From an uncultured Lentisphaeraceae bacterium (GTDB lineage: Bacteria; Verrucomicrobiota; Kiritimatiellia; RFP12; UBA1067): a DNA stretch of 18,692 nucleotides. Of this stretch, positions 7,736 to 15,589 are shown piece by piece (the first letter of the stretch is position 1; every line of letters begins with the position of its first letter). Below the pieces are notes generated by a model that did no database searches, was not told the DNA's origin, and was given only the letters and a program-made list of their open reading frames with translations. Where the stretch lies: NCBI GenBank assembly GCA_964643945.1, contig CAZXVN010000184.1, forward strand, positions 1 to 18,692, read 5' to 3'. The translations under genes were made by a program, and so were the position numbers.

Positions 7736-7764
7736 AATATATCATAACCCGTCACCGCACACAA
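7736..7764 (-). promoter_or_regulatory. candidate promoter for 6483-7694 (minus strand: TTGTGT, 17 nt, TATATT)
   Basis: Read directly on the minus strand, about 45 nt upstream of the GTG start. Confidence 0.3.
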
Positions 7765-7771
7765 CCAGGTG

Positions 7772-7921
7772 TTACCCGGCCCGCGTCGCGTCCTCATTCA
7801 TCGTCTGCTGCCTGTTGTCCACCAACACGTTCGCTGGCTTGATGTCGCGGTGGACCACGCCCTGCCCGTGCGCGTATGCCAAAGCCTCCGCCACCTGCCC
7901 GCCCCACCACACGTCCAGCAT
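7772..7921 (-). pseudogene. relic fragment of a Ser/Thr kinase gene (subdomain VIb: [25 protein letters not shown])
   Basis: A 49-codon minus-strand [52 protein letters not shown]. The nucleotide sequence is similar to 9527-9600 of kinase 8023-10128. No N- or C-terminal kinase lobes flank it. Confidence 0.5.
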
Positions 7922-8022
7922 CGCACTCCGCTCGGGGTTCGTACCTTACCCTCGTCCCCACCGATTCCCGCAGCTCCCCTCAACTAATGCACTTCTCGCA
8001 CTAATGCAACAATACACTTCTT

Positions 8023-10128
8023 CTACTGACCTGGGAGAAGGACAGCCCGGAACCCGATCCTGGAGTCGCGGTGGTTCGGTTTGCGGCCGCCGCGGTCCGC
8101 AACCCGGCAATCGCCCGCGTAGCCGCGCCAACTGCCGCCGCGGGCCACGCGGGGCGAGCCCGACGTCGGACCTGCGGGATCAGTCACACTCCCGGACGGA
8201 TAATCGCCGTACCAGTCCTGGCACCACTCCCACACGTTGCCGAGCATGTCGTAAAGACCCCAGGCGTTCGCCTGTTTCTGCCCTACAGCATGCGTCACCT
8301 GCCCACTGTTGCCGCTATACCAGCCCATATCCAGAGCTCCTGCATACGATCCCACCGCCCCCGCTCGACAAGCATACTCCCACTCCGCCTCCGTCGGCAG
8401 CCGAAACCGTCCCCCGGGAGGGACGCGCGTCTGCGCGTCCGCCAGCTTCGCGTTCAGCTTCCTCATAAACTCCTGACAGTCCTCCCAACTCACCTTCTCC
8501 ACCGGCAAATCAGCGCTCTTAAAGTTGCTGGGGTTGGTGCCCATGACTGCCCCCCACTGCCGCTGCGTCACCTCGGTCTTCCCCATCCAAAACCCCTTAG
8601 TAAGCGTCACCCGGTGCTGTGTCTCGTCTTTAGACCGGCCCGTTTCGCTTTCGGGACTCCCCATCATAAAGCTACCCGCCGGGCACCACGCCAGCTCGAT
8701 CTTCACGCCGCCGCCGAGGTCTAAAGTCTCCGTGTCGCCAGGGTTATGTCCGGCCTTCTGCACGGCGGCGCTTGCCACCTTTAGCCTCTCGCTTTCAGCA
8801 GCCAACGCTTCCTGCTTATGCGTTTCTTCCTGCTCGGACGCCGGACGCGCAGACGCGCGTCCCTCCGAGGCGTTAACGGGAGGGTCAAGCGTCTGCTTGA
8901 CCGCAAGACGCGCCTGTATCTCATGCCGGTTCCAAAAAGCCGCGAACCCATAGGCGGTCACAGCCGCAACCGCTCCAGCCGCAACCCACAGCCACGCCTT
9001 CCTCTTTCCTCCGCCATCCGCCTTCTGGCCACCGCCCTCTGGCTCCCGACGCCCGACGCCCGACTCACGACTCTCGACTCCCTGTCTTACGACCTCCACC
9101 TTCCAGTTTCTCTCCCCCTGCCCTCCGGCACCCTTTCCCGCCAGCGCCTTCACAAATTCCCCGCAGCTCGCGAACCTCTCCCCCGGCTCTTTTGCCAGCG
9201 CCCGCAACAGCGCCGCGTTGACATGCGCCGGCACGCCTTCCAGCGGACGGGGTGCCTCTTTCAGCACCGCCTCGCGCAGCACCGCTGTGTCGTGGCCCTC
9301 GAAGGGCGGCGACCCGCCCACCAGCTCGTAGACCGTCGCCGCCAGCGCGTACTGGTCCGCGGGCGCGCCCTGCGGCCGCCCCTGCCACTGCTCCGGCGCC
9401 ATGTAGGGTCCCGTGCCGCTCGTGCCGTGGGTGGTCTGGCTCACGCGGCTCAGGCTCATGTGCAATTGCGCCGCGAGCCCGAAGTCCAGCACCTTCACCT
9501 CGCCCGCGAAGTTCACCCGCACGTTGCTCGGCTTGATGTCGCGGTGGATCACGCCCTGCTCGTGCGCGAAGTCCAGCGCCTCCGCGATCCGGTAGGCGAT
9601 GATCGTCACCTCGTCCAGCGTCAGCGGCCGGCCCTCCTCGCGCCGCCGCCGCACCCACTGCCGCACGTCGTAGCCGTCCACGCACTCCATGACCAGATAA
9701 TAGTCGCCCGTGACCGGATCCTTCTCCAGCGTGTTGACGTTGGCGATGTTCGGGTGGTGGAGCTTCGAGACCAGCCGGAAGTTCTCGCGCACCTCCTCCA
9801 TCTCGCCGCTGTTGTGCCCCACCTCCGGAGGCAGCGCCTTCAGCGCCACATCCAAGCCCGCCACCTCATCGTGGCAGCGGTACACCACGCCCATGCCGCC
9901 CTGCCCAAGCTCCCCCTCCACCCGGTAGCGCCCCAAAAGCACCTCGCCGGCCGCTAGGCGCCGCCCCGCAGGCCCCGCCCCGCCCGGCCGCATCGTCTTG
10001 ACGCTGCCTAGGCTCAAGTCATCCGCGGGTGCGCTCCCGCCATGCCGCAGGGTCGGCGAATCGCCCAGGCTGCGGTCGTCCGGCGGCTTGCCGCCCATCG
10101 TCTTTTGATTGCCGATCGAGTTATCCAT
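8023..10128 (-). CDS. Hanks-type Ser/Thr protein kinase - TM - FGE-sulfatase (SUMF1-like) domain fusion
   Basis: LGQGGMGVVY, ALK, HRDIKPSNV, DFGLA, YMAPEQW; TM segment WLWVAAGAVAAVTAYGFAAF; C-terminal FGE-like region (GSFMMGSP ... GLYDMLGNVWEW ... RGGSW). The start is uncertain because there is no clear RBS at 10128. Confidence 0.85.
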   Translation of the reverse strand: MDNSIGNQKTMGGKPPDDRSLGDSPTLRHGGSAPADDLSLGSVKTMRPGGAGPAGRRLAAGEVLLGRYRVEGELGQGGMGVVYRCHDEVAGLDVALKALPPEVGHNSGEMEEVRENFRLVSKLHHPNIANVNTLEKDPVTGDYYLVMECVDGYDVRQWVRRRREEGRPLTLDEVTIIAYRIAEALDFAHEQGVIHRDIKPSNVRVNFAGEVKVLDFGLAAQLHMSLSRVSQTTHGTSGTGPYMAPEQWQGRPQGAPADQYALAATVYELVGGSPPFEGHDTAVLREAVLKEAPRPLEGVPAHVNAALLRALAKEPGERFASCGEFVKALAGKGAGGQGERNWKVEVVRQGVESRESGVGRREPEGGGQKADGGGKRKAWLWVAAGAVAAVTAYGFAAFWNRHEIQARLAVKQTLDPPVNASEGRASARPASEQEETHKQEALAAESERLKVASAAVQKAGHNPGDTETLDLGGGVKIELAWCPAGSFMMGSPESETGRSKDETQHRVTLTKGFWMGKTEVTQRQWGAVMGTNPSNFKSADLPVEKVSWEDCQEFMRKLNAKLADAQTRVPPGGRFRLPTEAEWEYACRAGAVGSYAGALDMGWYSGNSGQVTHAVGQKQANAWGLYDMLGNVWEWCQDWYGDYPSGSVTDPAGPTSGSPRVARGGSWRGYAGDCRVADRGGRKPNHRDSRIGFRAVLLPGQ
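9044..9114 (+). repeat. degenerate heptamer-periodic array (TCCCGAC/GCCCGAC/TCACGAC/TCTCGAC...) lying in-frame inside kinase 8023-10128
   Basis: 7-nt periodicity read directly. It encodes VEVVRQGVESRESGVGRRE at the position homologous to the ER/K inserts of kinase 1-1391. Confidence 0.5.
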
Positions 10129-10151
10129 GGTGTTTGCTTGAGAAACCAGAT

Positions 10152-10165
10152 GTCAGGAGTCAGAA
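10152..10165 (-). repeat. reverse-orientation heptamer copy (gtcagga gtcagaa); inverted partner of 10191-10232
   Basis: Read directly. Confidence 0.5.
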
Positions 10166-10190
10166 TGCGTGCATCTTTCACCGCATTTCA

Positions 10191-10232
10191 TTCTGTCTTC
10201 TGACTTCTGTCTCCTGACTCCTGTCTTCTGTC
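10191..10232 (+). repeat. heptamer array, 6 units, in the Vps4-like to kinase spacer
   Basis: ttctgtc ttctgac ttctgtc tcctgac tcctgtc ttctgtc. Confidence 0.8.
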
Positions 10233-10234
10233 GC

Positions 10235-11353
10235 CTATCCGAACCGCGCCTGCCTGAACTTTTCGAACTCGCGCAGCATCGCTTCCGTGATCGAGCTGGG
10301 GACGCGCCGCCGCGCCTCCTCGAAGTCCCCTGCCGTCAAAACAGGATCGCCATCTTCAAGCACGGCGCGGCCGAGCGCAAGGCGCTTGGCCGTGTTCACG
10401 ACCGCCGCCACGTCGCTCCCGGAAAAGCCCTCCAGCGCCTCCGCCAGCGCGCCTCCATCCACCGCCTCGCCGCACACGGCGCTTCCCAGATGCTTTTTGA
10501 AAATGCCCAGCCGAGCCTCGGCGTCCGGCGGCCCGATGAAAATCTTCTCGTCGAAACGCCCCGTGCGGAACACCGCCTCGTCGATCTCCCACGGCTTGTT
10601 CGTGGCGCCCAGGATCAACAGCACGTTCTTCGTCTCGCGGAAACCGCCCACATCCGCCAGGAACTGCGTCACGATGCGGTGGTCGGCACCGGAGGTGCCG
10701 TCGTCGCGCTTGGGCAGCAGCGCCTCGACCTCGTCCAGAAACAGCACCGCCATCGGCTGCTCCTGAGCCGTGCGGATCAGCCGGCTCAGCCGCTGCTCCG
10801 ACTCGCCGTACCACTTGGACCGCAACTGCGCGCCCGAGGCATAGTAGAACGGACACTCCAGCACTCCCGCCACCGCCTTGCCCAGCATCGTCTTGCCGGT
10901 GCCGGGAGGGCCGTACACCAGCACGCCCCCGCCCGGATTCAGCCCCAGCGCCCGCGCTTTCTCGGGGCTCTTCATCGGATACACCACCATCTCGTGGATC
11001 ACGCGCTTCGCGTCGGCCATGCCCGCAATGTCGTCGAATGTCACGTCCGGCTTCTCCGCCACCAGCCACTCGTCGCCGTCGGAAGGCTCGACGCTCGACT
11101 CACGACCAGCGACGGGCGAATGCTGACCGCCGCCCGCCGACTGCCGCTTCTTTAGCTCATTCGCCAGCGCCACCCACCCCTCCGCGTCCTGCGCGTGCGC
11201 CTCGGCCACAGGCCCGCTGCTGCGCTCCGCCAGCGCGAAGCCGCACTCCGCCGCGCGCGCCGCCGCCGCCGCCGCACGCCCGTAGTCGCGCACCTTGACG
11301 AACTCCGCGCAGGCGTTCTCGTGCCCCGTTTTGATCTCAACCATCGAGCGCAT
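10235..11353 (-). CDS. Vps4-like (meiotic clade) AAA+ ATPase with ~100-aa N-terminal extension (possible MIT-like domain)
   Basis: Walker A GPPGTGKT; pore loop 1 SKWYGESE (the Vps4/spastin/katanin signature); Walker B LFLDEVEA; GATNKPWEIDEAVFRTGRFD; C-terminal helix MLREFEKFRQARFG (compare the Vps4 C-terminal ...W..EFG). The start follows the upstream gene's stop by 12 nt, with RBS GAGAGGGGA. Confidence 0.85.
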   Translation of the reverse strand: MRSMVEIKTGHENACAEFVKVRDYGRAAAAAARAAECGFALAERSSGPVAEAHAQDAEGWVALANELKKRQSAGGGQHSPVAGRESSVEPSDGDEWLVAEKPDVTFDDIAGMADAKRVIHEMVVYPMKSPEKARALGLNPGGGVLVYGPPGTGKTMLGKAVAGVLECPFYYASGAQLRSKWYGESEQRLSRLIRTAQEQPMAVLFLDEVEALLPKRDDGTSGADHRIVTQFLADVGGFRETKNVLLILGATNKPWEIDEAVFRTGRFDEKIFIGPPDAEARLGIFKKHLGSAVCGEAVDGGALAEALEGFSGSDVAAVVNTAKRLALGRAVLEDGDPVLTAGDFEEARRRVPSSITEAMLREFEKFRQARFG

Positions 11354-11365
11354 CGTTGTCCCCTC

Positions 11366-11989
11366 TCACTTCAGCATCTCGCGCACCTTCTCCTGGCCGC
11401 CGCCGATGCGGCGTTCCAGATCGGAAGAGGTCTTCGCGCTCACGCCGGAAATGTCGGCGGACACCTCCTGCTCCAGCGATTTCGTCAGCTCCTCCATGGA
11501 CGGGATGTGGTCCTGCATGTTGCCTGTCGCGCCTTCCATCTCCTTGTCGTACAGCGACGCCCAGAAGCGGTCCGCGTCCTGCTGCTCGCCCAGCAACTCG
11601 CCCGCCGTGTCGAACACGTCCTCGACCATTTCCGGATTGATGTCCGTTACCTTGTTGACCGCCGCCAGTGCGCTGGCGAACTCGGCGTCGGTCCCGGCGG
11701 TCTCCATCTTCATGAGATACTGCTCGAACACCCAGCGCTTCTGCTCCAGCTTGGTCATCAGCACCTGCGCCGCGCGGTAGCTGGTCAGGGAGCGCTGCGC
11801 GGCCGCCTTCTTTCCTTCCTTGAGCGCGTCCCGCGCCTTCTGCCAGTCCGCCTCCGCGTCCTTCTCCATACGCTTGGCGCGGTCTTTCACATCCTGCACC
11901 GCGTTCTCCGCCTGCCGGAACGCCCGCCGCCGGTCCTTGCGCACCGCCCGCTCTTTTTCCTTCTTCGTCTTGATGAATAGAAAACTCAT
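11366..11989 (-). CDS. ESCRT-III / Snf7-family (PspA-Vipp1 superfamily) protein
   Basis: 207 aa. N-terminus MSFLFIKTKKEKE resembles the CHMP/Snf7 MxxLFGK motif. Basic helical N-half (KDRRRAFRQAENAVQDVKDRAKRMEKDAE...KEGKKAAAQRSL) and acidic C-half (PEMVEDVFDTAGELLGEQQDAD...). C-terminal SSDLERRIGGGQEKVREMLK resembles a MIM1 (D/E)xxLxxRL motif. Strong RBS AAAGGAG. The next gene downstream is the Vps4-like ATPase. Confidence 0.65.
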   Translation of the reverse strand: MSFLFIKTKKEKERAVRKDRRRAFRQAENAVQDVKDRAKRMEKDAEADWQKARDALKEGKKAAAQRSLTSYRAAQVLMTKLEQKRWVFEQYLMKMETAGTDAEFASALAAVNKVTDINPEMVEDVFDTAGELLGEQQDADRFWASLYDKEMEGATGNMQDHIPSMEELTKSLEQEVSADISGVSAKTSSDLERRIGGGQEKVREMLK

Positions 11990-12008
11990 ACCATGCTCCT
12001 TTCTGAAC

Positions 12009-12043
12009 AGCAGAAGACAGAAGTCAGAAGACAGAAGTCAGAA
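12009..12043 (-). repeat. reverse-orientation heptamer array, 5 units; inverted partner of 12082-12154
   Basis: cagcaga gacagaa gtcagaa gacagaa gtcagaa. Confidence 0.8.
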
Positions 12044-12081
12044 TAAACACGTCGAGAAAGTCGCTTTTGTCGATCGTTCCA

Positions 12082-12154
12082 TTCTGATTCCTGACTCCTG
12101 ACTTCTGTCTCCCGTCTCATTCTGACTTCTGACTCCTGTCTCCTGACTCCTGCC
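12082..12154 (+). repeat. heptamer array, ~10 units, in the FHA to ESCRT-III spacer
   Basis: ttctgat tcctgac tcctgac ttctgtc tcccgtc ... ttctgac ttctgac tcctgtc tcctgac tcctgcc. Confidence 0.8.
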
Positions 12155-12157
12155 GTC

Positions 12158-13735
12158 TCACAGCCCATACTGACTAAACGTCTTGACCTCGATCTGCACG
12201 CCGCCCGCGCCGATCCGCGTGCCGGGCACCAGCCACCCCGCCGCACCCTCCGCACGCCAGGCGAACGCGCCGCGCTCGTGGCACACCGTCACCCCCTCGC
12301 ACCCCGGCAGAATGTTCCCGAGATCCAGGCAGGACCACATCACCGCATAGACCTCCGACACCGCGTCCCGGCGCCGCAGGATGACCGCAGGCGTCTTGCC
12401 GCGGTGGCACATCTTCTCGTCGCGCCCCCCGCACGCCGCGCACCGCGCCGTATCGAAAAAGCAGCCGTGCGCCGTCAGCCCGAAATCGTATGCGTCCGCC
12501 GTGCCCGCCAACCCCAGCGCGGCCACTGCGGGAAAACGGTCCGCCGGAAAGCGCTCGCTGCCCTTGACCGCCCGACCCTGCCAGAAAACCCCGCAGGCGG
12601 AGGCTTGCATCACACCGTTCTCAGTCCGCACACCGTCATGCACAATGCACTGCCCGTCGGCGTACTCCAGCGTGCAGTGAAACTTGCTGATGCGCGCGTT
12701 GCGTTCAGGAAGGGCCTCGCCGTCCGGCTCGAACAACCGCGTCACGATCTGATTGGCGCGGTTCTTGCCCAATGTGACCCGACTTCCCGCGATCAGATGC
12801 GCAATCCGGTTCCCGACGCGAAGAGTCACCCGCTCGGCCGTCGCCGCCGCAGGTGCCGCAGGCAGCGGGTGATGCAGCACCCAGCCCGACTCAAAAAGAC
12901 TCAGCCGGTGAAACGCCGGCGGCTTGGAGTGCAGCAGGTTCAGCAGTTCCTCGATCGAATGGGCCTGCCCGTTCTTGACCAGCTTGCTCACCGCCTCGGC
13001 CGCGTCCTGGTGTACACGGATATCCGCCGCATGCCCGGCCTTGATGTCGTTGTTGATGTTGAAGGTGATGTTGTCCGCGACCTGCTTGGTCGAACAGTCC
13101 GCCGGATAAACGAACAGGCATACCTCGGTCTCGTATGTGGTGGTCTTGCCGTCTTTCGTCAGCCCGAAGTAGACCGACGCCGAGAACGCGCCGTGATTCA
13201 TGGGATGCACCGGCAGGTTGATCCCGCGCGGCACCCCGAGCTTGGGGTTCGGCCAGTTGAAGGGATGCTCGACCACCTGAGAGATCCCGTTCGGCTTGAG
13301 CCACACGCGGACGTGCTGGACACCCTCGACAAGCGGCGTCAGCCGGAAGCGCACCAGCGCGCTGGCACCCGCCACGCAGAACGCCAGGGTGTCGCTTTCC
13401 ACACACAGCCACGGGCAATCCCCGAAGCCGTCATCGTCCGTGCCGACGCTCTGCGCCGCCGCAGTCCGCTCATTGACGGGTTCGGTGTTGAGCAGAATGA
13501 TCCGGGCCGGCCGCTCGTCAGGATCTGGCGTCCTGATGATCGCGGCAACCGCCGACGGCGCCTCGCCCACGGAATCGCCCGGCCTCCGCAGATAAGTCGG
13601 CTCCGGCCGGAAACCGCTCTCGGCTTCCGCAGGCGTTGCCGCCGACGGACCCGGCGCCAGCGGCGCGCCGCATCTGTCGCAGAACGAGCCCTCTACCGTC
13701 TTCCCTCCGCATGTCCGGCAACTCACCCGAGCCAT
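12158..13735 (-). CDS. zinc-ribbon + FHA-domain protein with Cys-rich C-terminal region
   Basis: N-terminal CRTCGGKTVEGSFCDRCG. FHA-like core GKNRANQIVTRL...RISKFHCTLEYADGQCIVHDGVRTENGVMQASACGV. C-terminal CAACGG...C..GCEGVTVC. RBS GAGGAG 8 nt upstream; the start lies 12 nt after the upstream stop. Confidence 0.7.
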   Translation of the reverse strand: MARVSCRTCGGKTVEGSFCDRCGAPLAPGPSAATPAEAESGFRPEPTYLRRPGDSVGEAPSAVAAIIRTPDPDERPARIILLNTEPVNERTAAAQSVGTDDDGFGDCPWLCVESDTLAFCVAGASALVRFRLTPLVEGVQHVRVWLKPNGISQVVEHPFNWPNPKLGVPRGINLPVHPMNHGAFSASVYFGLTKDGKTTTYETEVCLFVYPADCSTKQVADNITFNINNDIKAGHAADIRVHQDAAEAVSKLVKNGQAHSIEELLNLLHSKPPAFHRLSLFESGWVLHHPLPAAPAAATAERVTLRVGNRIAHLIAGSRVTLGKNRANQIVTRLFEPDGEALPERNARISKFHCTLEYADGQCIVHDGVRTENGVMQASACGVFWQGRAVKGSERFPADRFPAVAALGLAGTADAYDFGLTAHGCFFDTARCAACGGRDEKMCHRGKTPAVILRRRDAVSEVYAVMWSCLDLGNILPGCEGVTVCHERGAFAWRAEGAAGWLVPGTRIGAGGVQIEVKTFSQYGL

Positions 13736-13747
13736 AAGTTATTCTCC

Positions 13748-15418
13748 TCAATGCACGATCGTCTGCGGCTGGGCCGCCTGCCGTTTGGCAGCCTCCACCG
13801 CCGGCTCGAGCATCGTTTTCAGGTTCTTGTCCTGCCGGTCGTTGGCATCCGCGTAGAGCTTCTTCATCTCAGCCAGCAGCATCTCGGCGTTCTGCCTGGT
13901 GCGGTCGCTCATCTTGCCGAGCGCCTCCGCCGCCGCCGGGCTGCTGTGCGCCGCCTCGGCCAGGATCTGCTCGGGCGTCATCGTGCGGTTGCGCTCCACC
14001 ATCATCAGCTCGACCAGCTGACGCCGCAGGGCGGGATCGTCCACATCCGCCAGCATCTGCTCCGTGGTCATCCCCGCACGCCGCTTGGCCTCAGCCGCCT
14101 TGCGCTCCAGCTCTATCCCGTCTTTCCGGGAACGCATGTCCAGCGCCCACTCCGCCTCGGTCTTCTCCTGCTGGAACGTCTCGTTCCGGGCCTTGGCCTG
14201 CGCGTTGGCCTGCTTCACGGCAAGCTCAAGATTGTAATCGTCCCATTTGACCTTGACGCCGATCGCCTGCTCCGCCTTCTGGTTCTCGACATCGTGCCGG
14301 TGCCGCAGATCGTCCAGCTCGTTCAGATGCGCATAGCCGCGCAGCAGCACCGTCCGCTCCTGCTCGCGCTGGGCCTGCGCGATGCCGTGCTCGTGCGCGG
14401 CCTGCTCCTCGTACTCCAGCAGGTCGGTCTTGTCCTTGAACTGGGCCATCGCCTCTTTGTTCAGCAGCCCGCGCATGGCCGACGCGTACTCCAGCTCGCG
14501 CCGCTTGATGTCCACCTCGCCGAGCCGCTCCGCGTACTCCTCGTACTCGTCGCCCGTGAACTCCGCCGACGACACGCGCACCACCTGCAGGCCGTACCGC
14601 CCGATGTCCTCGCCGATCGCCCGGACCATCGTCTCCTGCAGGCGCAGCCGCCGCTCAGGATCGCGCACAAGGTCATCCAGCGTAGAGGTCACGCACAGCG
14701 CGTCCACCGCCGCGCGCACCGCCCCCTGCAGCGCCTCGGAAAGATCCTTGTACGCCAGATGACGCCGGTCCTTGAGCCCGTTCTCCAGCAGCGCCAGCGC
14801 GGCGGCCTTGTCATTGCCGAACCGCAGGATCACCTCGCCGTAGAACTCGATCGGGTGATGCTCCGCCGTACGCAGACCGGTCACGCGCAGCGGCAGCGCC
14901 ACGTCGCCGCAGTCGGCCATCACTGCCGAGCGCGGGGGCGGGTCGCCGAACCAGTTGATCTTGCGCGCCAGGCTGTCCGGGTTGTGACGGCCGCTCTCGA
15001 GGATGCCGTGGATGTGGCCGCCGTCCAGCACCACCGCCACCGTGCCCTCCTGCACCATCAGGTCGTCCTGCAAGAGCCGCTTGATGTCGCCGATCTCGAA
15101 GCGCTGCGCGAACAGCCCCGGATCCTTGCGCCACACGCCGCCGGCCATCACCGCGCGGTCTTCCGGGAAGAGCGGGGTGTTGCAGTGCGAGCAATACTGC
15201 GACGCGTTGCCGATCCACTTCTTGCACGAGGGACACTTCCACCAGCCCCCCGGCGCGGGCACGCCGCACTTGTTGCAGAAGCGCGCGGCCTTGCGCACCG
15301 AATTGCCGCAGCGCGCCCACTTCGGATCCAGTTTCGCCTGCGCCAAGGCCTCGCCGCCCAGCGCCCGCCCCGTCCGGGGGTCGATCAAAGCGTCACACCG
15401 GTCACTGAATATGCCCAT
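13748..15418 (-). CDS. zinc-ribbon + SPFH (band-7 / flotillin-like) protein with long C-terminal coiled coil
   Basis: Two CxxC pairs (CGNSVRKAARFCNKCG, CPSCKKW...CSHCNTP), then an SPFH core (QEGTVAVVLDGGHIHGILESGRHNPDS ... GLQVVRVSSAEF), then ~250 aa of E/K/R/A-rich coiled coil. RBS AAAGGCGAGGT. Confidence 0.75.
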   Translation of the reverse strand: MGIFSDRCDALIDPRTGRALGGEALAQAKLDPKWARCGNSVRKAARFCNKCGVPAPGGWWKCPSCKKWIGNASQYCSHCNTPLFPEDRAVMAGGVWRKDPGLFAQRFEIGDIKRLLQDDLMVQEGTVAVVLDGGHIHGILESGRHNPDSLARKINWFGDPPPRSAVMADCGDVALPLRVTGLRTAEHHPIEFYGEVILRFGNDKAAALALLENGLKDRRHLAYKDLSEALQGAVRAAVDALCVTSTLDDLVRDPERRLRLQETMVRAIGEDIGRYGLQVVRVSSAEFTGDEYEEYAERLGEVDIKRRELEYASAMRGLLNKEAMAQFKDKTDLLEYEEQAAHEHGIAQAQREQERTVLLRGYAHLNELDDLRHRHDVENQKAEQAIGVKVKWDDYNLELAVKQANAQAKARNETFQQEKTEAEWALDMRSRKDGIELERKAAEAKRRAGMTTEQMLADVDDPALRRQLVELMMVERNRTMTPEQILAEAAHSSPAAAEALGKMSDRTRQNAEMLLAEMKKLYADANDRQDKNLKTMLEPAVEAAKRQAAQPQTIVH

Positions 15419-15526
15419 CGTATACCTCGCCTTTCATTGATTCGAATTCAACAGTCGGATTAGCACTAATCCTTATTCAGTTTTAAACACAATACCCGAA
15501 TCCATTCATTCATGCACGAAATTACT

Positions 15527-15540
15527 AACAGAAGTCAGAA
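15527..15540 (-). repeat. reverse-orientation heptamer copy (aacagaa gtcagaa); inverted partner of 15594-15621
   Basis: Read directly. Confidence 0.5.
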
Positions 15541-15589
15541 TAGTGGAAGAATTTGCTTTCAACCGTTTGCCCGTCTTCTCTTTCCCGCC

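Noticed and set aside
11419-11430. 12-nt exact match to the start of the Illumina adapter (AGATCGGAAGAG) inside the ESCRT-III-like gene
   Set aside because: The 13th base diverges. The reading frame, codon usage and coupled downstream gene continue seamlessly across it, so I treat it as a chance match rather than a chimeric join. It is worth a read-level check because the contig end does carry real adapter.
15398-15418. SPFH protein N-terminus MGIFSDR resembling the PspA N-terminus MGIFSRF
   Set aside because: The match is only 5 of 7 residues and the following sequence is a zinc ribbon, not the PspA amphipathic helix. Probably coincidence.
15430-15460. tRNA-like TTCGAATTC motif; scan for tRNA or other RNA genes
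   Set aside because: No cloverleaf-compatible flanks (no acceptor-stem complement, no GTTC/TΨC context). I found no convincing tRNA or rRNA signatures anywhere in the window.
12278-15463. 1061-aa plus-strand ORF, and other long plus-strand ORFs (6357-8468, 2836-3975, 8818-9957, 10169-11155, 11195-11980, 5532-6338, 3842-4645, 2400-3032)
   Set aside because: The products are Arg/Pro/Ala/Leu-rich low-complexity sequences with no motifs. They lie antisense to minus-strand genes with clear domain signatures (SPFH, FHA, kinase, AAA). This is typical of stop-poor antisense frames in high-GC DNA.
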